Source: the human T2T-CHM13v2.0 reference genome, Homo sapiens
Length of the DNA stretch: 64,000 bases
Direction: 5' to 3' (one strand)
Assembly (NCBI RefSeq): GCF_009914755.1
Contig: NC_060928.1
This document shows, piece by piece, positions 53,402 to 64,000 of the stretch (positions within the stretch are counted from its first letter, which is position 1; every line of letters starts with the position of its first letter). The notes under the pieces were generated by a model. It did no database searches and was not told where the DNA came from. It saw only the letters and a program-made list of their open reading frames with translations. The position numbers and the translations under genes were made by a program.

Positions 53402-54085
53402 AGTCCAATGTTTCCTTTTTGATTTTCAGTTTGGAACATCTGTCAATGCTGAAAGTGGAGTATTGAAGTCTCCAGCTATTATTGTATTAGGGCCTATCTC
53501 TCTCTTTAGCTCTATCAATATTTGCTTTATGTATGTAGGGTCATCCAACGTTGGGTGCATATATATTTAAAATTGTTATATCCTCTTGCTGAATGGACCC
53601 CTTTGTCATCATATAGTGATTTTCTTTGTCTTCTTATACTTTTTGTCTTGAAATCTATTTTGTCTGATGTAAGAGTAGTTGAATCTTGATGTAACTGATT
53701 TATAAAACAAACTGTTGCTTTATTAATATAACTAGGAGATAGATGCACATGAAACATTGTAAAAGTATTTGTATTATCCTTGTATTCATATGAAGAAATG
53801 TAAAAATAAAATAAATTGAAATTGAATATGTTTAATTTTTTTAAATTAGTATCAAACTAACAAAACTTCAGATATAAGTAGTAGAAAATTAGTTGGATCA
53901 TTCACAATATCCAACAACTGCTAACATTCTTTATATTGAATAAATATTCAGGTTGGAGAGAGTTAACATGTTTCACATATAACTGAAGTCTTCATTTTTT
54001 GGCCGAAAGCACCTTCTGCATGCATCTCTCTCCTTTTTTTTTTTTTTTTTTTTGGTCTGTTGTCCTATGTTCAATCAATGCATCT

Positions 54086-54087
<2 letters not shown>

Positions 54088-54119
<32 letters not shown>

Positions 54120-57100
54120 ATTTTACTTCAATTTACAAGATACATGTGCAGGATGTGCAGGTTTGTTACATAGGTAAACGTGTGCCACAGTGGTTTCCTG
54201 CACCTATCAACCCGTTACCTATGTATTTAGCCCAGCATGCATTAGCTATTTTTCCTAATGCTCTCTCTCCCCCCACCCCACCCCATGACAGGCCCCAGTG
54301 TTTTGTGTTTCCCTCCCTGTGTTCATGTGTTCTCATTGTTCAGCTCTCACTTATAAGTGAGAACATGCAGTGTTTGGTTTTCTGTCCCTGCATTAGTTTG
54401 CTGAGGATAATGGCTTCCAGCTCCATCCCTGTCCTGCAAAAGACATGATGTTGTTCCTTTTCATGACTCCATAGAATTCCATGGTGTATCTGTAAAACAT
54501 TCTCTTTATCCAGTCTATCATTGATGGACATTTGGGTTGATTCCATGTTTTTGCTATTGGGAAAAGTGCTGCAGTGAACATACCTGTGCATGTATCTTTA
54601 TAATAGGATGATTTATGTTTCTTTAAGTATATACCCAATAATGGAATTGCTGGGTCAAGTGGTATTTCTGGTTCTAGGTCTTTGAGGAATAGCCACACTG
54701 TCTTCCACAATGGTTGAACAAATTTACATTCCCACTGACAGTGTAAAAGCATCTGTTGTTTCCTGACTTTTTAATAATTGCCATCCTGACTAGGTGAGAT
54801 GCTATCTCATTGTGGTTTTGATATGCATTACTCTAATGATCAGTGACGTTGAGCGTTTTTTTATATGTTTATTGGGCACATAAATATGTGTTCTTTTGAT
54901 AATTGTCTGTTCATGTCCTTCGCCCACGTTTTAATGGGGTTGTTTGGTTTTTCTTGTAAATTTGTTTAAATTCCTTGTAAATTCTGGGAATTAGACCTTT
55001 GTCAGGTGGATATTGCAAAAATTTTCTCCCACTCTGTAGGTTTCCTCTTTGCTCTGATGATAGTTTCTTTTGCTGTGCAGAAGCTCTTTAGTTTAATTAG
55101 ATTGCATTTGTCAATTTTTGCTTTTGTTGCAATTGCCTTTGACATTTATGTCATGAAATCTTTGCCTATGCCTATGTCCTGAATGGTATTTCCCAGATTT
55201 TCTTCTAGGATTTTTATAGTTTTGGGTTTTCCATTTAAGTCTTTAATGCATCTTGAGTTAATTTTTCTATAAGGTGTAAGGAAGGGGTCCAGTATTGATT
55301 TTCTGCATATGGCTAGGCAGTTCTCTCAGCACCATTTATTAAATAGGGAATTATTTCTCCATTATTTGTTTTTATCACGTTTGTTGAAAATCAGATGGTT
55401 GTAGACATGTGGCCCTATTTCTGAGTTCTCTTTTCTGTTCCTTTGGTCTATGTATCTGTTTTTGTACCAGTACCATGCTGTTTTGGTTACTGTAGCGTTG
55501 CAGTGTAGTTTGAAGTCAGGGGCATGATGCTTCCAGCTTTGCTCTTTTTGCTCAAGATTGTCTTGGCTATATGGGGTCTTTTTAGGTTCCACATGAATTT
55601 TAAAGTAGTTTTTCTAATTCTGTGAAGAATATCAATGGTAGTTTGATTGGAATAGTATTGAATCTATATATTGCTTTGGGCAGTGTGGCCATTTTCATGA
55701 TGTTGATTCTTCCTATCCATGAAGATGGAATGTTTTTCCAGTTGTGTGTTTCCTCTCTGATTTCCTTGAGCAGTGTTTTATAGTTCTCCTTGAAGAGGTC
55801 CTTTACCTCCCTTGTTAGCTGTATTCCTAGGTATTTTATTCTCTTTGTAGCAATTGTGCATAGGAGTTCATTTATGATTTGGCTCTGTACTTGTATATTG
55901 CTGATGTGTAGGAATGCTTGGGATTTTTGCACATTGATTTTGTATCCTGAGACTTTGCTAAAGTTGCTTATTAGCTTAAGAAGCTTTTGGGCTCAGACGA
56001 TGGGGTTTTCTAGATATAGGATCATGTCATCTGCAAACAGACACAGTTTGACTTCCCCTCTTCCTATCTGAACACCCTTTATTTTTTCTCTTGCCTGATT
56101 GCCCTAGCCAGAACTTCCAATACTATGTTGAATAGGAGTGGTGAGAGAGGGTATCCTTGTCTTGTCCCAGTTTTCAAGTGGAATGCTTCCAGCTTTTGCC
56201 CATTCAGTATGATGTTGGCTGTGGGTTTGTCATAAATGGCTCTCACTATTTGGAGGTATGTTACTTCAATACCTAGTTTATTGAGTTTTTAATATGAAGG
56301 AATGTTGAATTTTATCAAAGGCTTTTTCTACATTTATTGAGATAATCATGTGGTTTTTTGACTTTGGTTCTGTTTATATGATGAATTACATTTATTGATT
56401 TGCATATGTTGAACGATCCTTTCATCTGGGGATGAAGCCAACTTGATCATGGTGGATGAGCTTTTTGAAGTGCTGCTGGATTTGGTTTGCCAGTATTTTA
56501 TGGAGGACTTTTGCATCGATGTTCATCGGGGATATTGGCCTGAAGTTTTGTTGTTGTTGATGTATCTCTGTCAGGTTTTGGTATCAGAATGATGCTGGCC
56601 TTATAAAATGCATTTAGGAAGGAGTCTCTCTTTTTCAATTGTTTGGAATAGTTTTAGAGGAAATGGTACCAGCTCCTATTTGTACCTCTGGTAGAATTCA
56701 GTTGTAAATCTATCTGGTCCTGGATTTTTATGGTTAATAGACTATTTATTACTGCCTCAATTTGATAACTTGTTATTGGTCTATTCAGGGATTCAACTTC
56801 TGCCTGATTCTGTCTTGGGAGGTGTATGTGTCCATGAATTTGTCTGTTTCTTCTAGATTTTCTAGTTTATTTGCATAGAGATGTTTATAGTATTCTCTGA
56901 TGGTTATATTTCTGTGGGGTCAGTGATGATGTCCCCTTTATCATTTTTTATTGTGTTTGAGTCTTCACTCTTTTCTTCTTTATTAGTCTAGCTAGAGTTC
57001 TATCTATTTTATTAATTTTTTCAAAAAAAAAGTCCAGGATTTGTTGATTTTTGAAGGTTTTTTTTTGCATGTCTGTCTCCTTTAGTTCCACTCTAATCTT

Positions 57101-59126
57101 GATTATTTCTTGTCTTCTGCTAGCTTTGGGGTTTGTTTGTTCTTGGTTCTCTAGTTCTTTTAGTTTTGATGTTTGGATGTTGACTTGAGATCTTTCTAGC
57201 TTTTTGATGTGGACATTTAGTGCTATAAATTTCCCTCTTACTACTTCTTTAGCTGCATCCCAGAGATTCTAGTATGTTGTCTCTTTGTTTTCATTGGTTT
57301 CAAAGAACTTCTTGATTTCTGCCTTAATTTTGCTATTTACCCAGGAGCCATTCAGGAGCAAGTTGTTCACTTTCCATATAGTTGTGTGGTTTTGAGTGAG
57401 TTTCTTAATCTTGAGTTCTAAGTTGATTGTGCTGTGATCTGAGACACTGTTATGATTTCAGTTCTTTTGCATTTGCTGAGGAGTGTTTTACATCCAATTA
57501 TGTGAAAGATTTTAGGGTGTCATTTGGCACTGAGGAGAATGTATATTCTGTTGTTTTTCGAGGGAGAGTTCTGTAGATATCTATCAGGTCCACTTGATCC
57601 AGAGCTGAGTTCAAGTCTTGAATATCTTTGTTACTTTTCTGTCTCAATGATCTGTGTAATATTGACAGTGGGGTGCTAAAGTCTCCCACTATTATTGTGT
57701 GGGAGTCTATATCTCTTTGCATGTCTCTAAGAACCTGTTTTATGAAGCTGGGTGCTTTTGTATTGGGTGCATATGTATTTAGGATAATTAGCTCTTCTTG
57801 TTGCATTGAACCTTTTACCATTCTGTAATGCCCTTCTTTGTCTTTTTTGATCTTTGTTGGTTTAAAGTCCGTTTTGCCAAAGACTAGGATTGCAGCACTT
57901 GCATTTTTCTGCTTTTCATTTGCTTGGTAAATTTTCCTCTATCCCTTTCTTTTAAGCCTATATGTGTCTTTGCCTGTGAGATGGATGTATTAGTCTGTTC
58001 TCACACTGCTAATAAAGACACACCCCAGACTGGGTAATGTTTAAAGGAAAGAGGTCAAATGTACTCACAGTTCCACGTGGCTGGGGAGGACTCACAAGTG
58101 GTGGAAGGCAAAGGAGAAGCCAAGGCGTGTTGTACATGGCAGCAAGGCAATCATACAAGGGAACTTCCATTTATAAAACCATAAGATCTCATGAGACTTA
58201 CTACGACAAGAACAGCATGGGGGAGGCCACTCCCATGATTCAATTATCTCTACCTGGCCCCACCCTTAACACACAGTGATTACTACAATTTAAAGTGAGA
58301 TTTGGGTGGGGACACAGCCAAACCATATCAATAGGTCTCTTGACTACAGCACACTAATGGGTCTTGGCTATATCCAGCTTGCCATTCTGTGTCTTTTACT
58401 TGGGGCATTTAGCCCACTTGCATTTAAGGTTAATATTGTTATGTATGAATTTGATCCTGTCATGATGATGCTAGCTGGTTATTTTGCAGATTTGTTGATG
58501 TAGTTGCTTCATAGTGTGTCACTGGTCTGTGTACTTCAGTGTATTTTTGTAGTGGCTGGTAAGTTTTTCCATTCCATATTTAGTGCTTCCTTCAGGAGCT
58601 CTTGTAAGGCAGGCCTGGTGGTGATGAATTCCCTCGGCATTTGGTTGTCTGGAAAGGTTTTGTTTCTCCTTTGCTTACGAAGCTTAGTTTGGCCAGATAT
58701 GAAATTTTGGGTTGGAAATTATTTTCTTTAAGAATGTTGAATATCAGCCCCCAATATCTTCCAGCTTGTAGGGTTTCTGCTGAAAGGTCCACTGTTAGTC
58801 TAATGGGCTTTCCTTTGTAGGTGACCTGGACTTTCTTTCTGGCTCCCCTTAACATTTTTTCCTTCATTTCAACCTTGGAGAATCTGAGGATTATGTGTCT
58901 TGGGGTTGATCTTCTCATGGAATATCTTATTGGGATTCTCTGGATTTCCTGAGTTCAATGTTGGCCTGTCTTGTTAGGTTGGGGAAGTTCTCCTGGGTGA
59001 TACCCTGAAGTGTGTTTTCCAGCTTGGTTCCATTCTCCCCATCCCTTTCAGGTACCCCAATCAGTCTTAGGTTCAGTCTTTTACATAGTCTCATGGTTCT
59101 TGGGGGTTTTGTTCGTTCCTTTTCCA
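54088..59126 (-). mobile_element. L1PA10-like element truncated within ORF1, with a (TTG)n tail
   Basis: TSD aatgcatcttt at 54077 and 59127. ORF2 and ORF1 remnants, e.g. 'RRSTPRHIILRFSKVEMKEKML'. Confidence 0.92.
57986..58330 (-). mobile_element. THE1 (THE1C/B-like) solo LTR nested in the L1
   Basis: 'tgtattagtctgttctcacactgctaataaagaca...gtggggacacagccaaaccatatca'. TSD atgga/atagg, each one change from the L1 sequence atggg. Confidence 0.9.
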
Positions 59127-59619
59127 AATGCATCTTTTAACATTGTGAGATATTCTAAACAGTCATTTTGTAAGGTCTCAAATCCCACCATACCTGAAGG
59201 TTTGTTTCTATCAGAAATAATTCAAAGTTTGATTTGTTATTTAAATGATTTTTGTCTTACATGTTGAGTCCAAAGTTTAAATTTCATCACTGCTTCTTGA
59301 CATGCCAGTGAAAGCATGGCAACACAGTTTAAATCAGCAAATTGAGCTTATTATTAAAAATACCAGCAGGATAAACAAATTCGATCAGTGAAGTTGAGAA
59401 GTATTTAAGTAATGTTATTGTAATCAGTACAATTAATAGCATTTTTTGGTCTCACTTGCCATTTTAATTGTAGCATTTATCTTCAGAACATGCAACAAAC
59501 TTCAGTTTTTGAAACATTAGAATTTATGAAAACAGGAATTCTGGAACTCCCTACCAATAGAATTAACAAAACTCTAAAAATTCTGCCTGTTTGACATGCA
59601 TATGACATTATCTATTGGC

Positions 59620-60655
<1,036 letters not shown>

Positions 60656-61152
60656 ATTACAAACACTTTTCAAAGAATGTGGCATTTCGATCATCTAGTG
60701 TTATCTCTGCAGCATGCAAAGACCACTCGCACACATTTTGGAAACACTTTTTATAGGAACCGCTACTCTTGCTTTCTTCATGTGTTAGTCTAGTGTTAAA
60801 ATGGCAAGTGAGCCCCTAAAAAAGTTATTAATTTTCCTGATAAAAAAATTACTTAAATACTTCTCAGCCACAACTTTATTAAACTAATTTATCTTGCTGA
60901 TTTTTTTTATAACAAACTCAATTTACTTTTTGAAATGGTTTTGACAGTCAACAGATCTCAGTGTATTTTTGCCAGCTTATTTCATGGTGTGTTGAAAACT
61001 GCCCTAAACTCTTAAACTGTGCCTTCCTCTTGTGTGTTATATACTTTTTAAAAAGTATGAATCTTCCTTATATCCATTTATACTAACAGGATGGAAAAAA
61101 ATAAAAATAATGGAGTTCTATATAGATGTACTCTCATTCTGTTAAACTGTGA

Positions 61153-61490
<338 letters not shown>

Positions 61491-61868
61491 AAACTTCTTT
61501 ATCAAATATATTGTAAGTACAGTTTTAGATTCTTTGGATCATATCACCAAACTTCTATATCAAATGTATTTTCCTAGGAGATAGTTGTTCAGTATCAGCA
61601 GAATAAAGTTTAATCATTTATCTGCAGGAGCGAGTTACCACCCCAAGGGCAAGGCAGCAACTTTCTTTGAATTATGTTATTTGTTTGTTTGTATTGGCAC
61701 ATTTAAATGTTGTTTTCATACATTTTTTCCTATGGTGTTTAGCTAGTGAATTTACACAGGAAGCATCGGCATCTTACTGTTATGCTCACTGTGATTTGTT
61801 TGAAGGTAAAATTGAAACTTGGTGAGGAGCATAGGACATATTCCTACGTAACGACACTGAGGATTTAA

Positions 61869-62189
<321 letters not shown>

Positions 62190-62394
62190 TGAGAGGTGAG
62201 TTGGCTCTAGAAGAATATGACTAGCTTCATTCTGAGTCCAATTTCAAACATCCATTGGCAAAGATTCATTGATAACTTCTTCTTACCAAGCAAGATTCTG
62301 TTCCTGGTCTAAAAAGCAATGATTTCCGCTAACTAGGGCAAAATTATTTCATCTTTATTTATAAATATAAATAATTGTAATTTAGGATTTCAAA

Positions 62395-62615
62395 TTATTA
62401 TTAAATGTACTAGTATTCTTTTAAGTGCTTTACAAATGTTAACTCATTTTATCCACATAACAAACCCCTGAGAAGGTATTTCCTGCCCATTTTAAAGTGG
62501 CAGTAATTAAGAATAGACCATTTAAGTGTCTTGCTCAAGGTTATACTGACATAGCTGTTCTGTGGCAGAGTTAGAGTCTGTTCGCAGGCAGTCTGGTTTT
62601 AGATCCTGCACTTAA
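62395..62615 (-). mobile_element. MIR
   Basis: 'taagtgctttacaaatgttaactcattttatccacataacaaacccctgagaaggta...cttgctcaaggttatac'. Confidence 0.75.
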
Positions 62616-62785
62616 AGCATCTGGCACTTCACCGAGCCTATGACATCCCTGCTGTAGTAGGGCCTACATTGCAACAATTACATGTGGCAAGATCTGCACA
62701 GACTTGCGTTCAAGACCAATGCAGAGCTATAGACTTCTTGAATAGCTGCAGGAAGCTAAAATACGTATTTTATTTTATTATGACT

Positions 62786-63075
<290 letters not shown>

Positions 63076-63885
63076 ATAAAATAACATAGTCTAAAAGATG
63101 AAATTCGAATCCAACTTTCTAGAAACCCTAGAACACTGCCTCAAAAATCTTGGGTTTTCAAGAGCCATCTGAGGTCCGGAGCTAAAGTGTTCACTCCACC
63201 AATCGCTTTATTTCCAGGACATGGTGGCTCAAACGCCTCAAGATGTTTGAATCCTGTTTTCTTGGTTGAAAGACTTTTAAATTTTTTCTTTCAGTAGGGG
63301 AATACTGATCTGTGGGCACGGATTGCCACACACCCCAGTTAAATCACCTTTCCCTGCTCAGGAAACCACTTCCAGCGTCAGGATGTCGCATCTGTTCTCC
63401 CACTACCCCTTGATGTTTTGTAGAAAGCCCCTTCATTGGGTTCATCTCTAGCAGTTGTTTGCTGTGCCATGGCAGCACTGGTGCAAAAAGTATGCTTAGG
63501 TACACAGCAGCCAGTCTGAAGTAGTGGGAAGCTTTTTAAATAAAAACACCAAGGACATATATGCAGTAACCTACTTCAGGTTCCCACTGTGTGAAAAAAT
63601 CAGAAGAATTAATGCAAAAGAGAAGACAAACATGAATGATACTATAACATATCTGTAGTGATAGATATGCACATATACATACATACATGACACACACATG
63701 CACGAGATAGCCTGGGATAGACGATTGTCACTGACATGATCATGAAGAAAAAAGCCCAGAAAGTAACCTCATTCCCTCCACAGATGCTTTATCTTAGAGC
63801 CACTTTCCTGTCCCTGTCTGGTACCTAGCACAATGCTTAAACGAATAAAAAGTGCTCAGCAAACATCAGTTAAATAAATTAATAA

Positions 63886-64000
63886 TTGAAGAAAGAGAAG
63901 GAGGAAGTTGGGAAGGGAGGGAGGGAGAAATGGAAACGAAAGGAGAGGAGACGAGGAGGGGACAGGAGGGGATGGAAGGGGAGGGAAGGGGAGAAGAGGG
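63886..64000. repeat. Purine-rich (GA) low-complexity tract with G-quadruplex motifs
   Basis: GGGaaGGGaGGGaGGG at 63910-63925 and GGGG-N6-GGGG-N1-GGG-N2-GGGG at 63968-63991. Confidence 0.8.

Overview
This is primate (human-like) non-coding genomic DNA, either intronic or intergenic. I recognise no protein-coding gene, RNA gene or CpG-island promoter. The supplied ORFs I can place are translations of repeats (Alu, L1 ORF1/ORF2 remnants, LTRs, simple repeats); the rest look like chance ORFs. A large part of the window is interspersed repeat: 10 dimeric Alus plus one Alu monomer, three large minus-strand L1s, short L1 3' ends, four MaLR LTRs, many L2/MIR relics and a MER117-like element. The large L1s are a full-length L1PA8A-like copy with an RT-domain deletion, an L1MA2-like copy with three nested insertions, and an L1PA10-like copy with a nested THE1 LTR. 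About 6.5-9.7 kb and 13.5-28 kb are repeat-poor and look like regulatory DNA. The most notable item is a near-full-length copy of the ancient LF-SINE (~15557-15945). It keeps an antisense splice acceptor at the position used by the exonised PCBP2 copy and carries a 42-codon hydrophobic ORF. Several other minus-strand exon-like segments suggest a possible spliced antisense or non-coding transcript. Repeat subfamily calls come from recalled consensus sequences, not a search, and boundaries of old repeats are approximate. I found nothing that amounts to a demonstrably new biological system.
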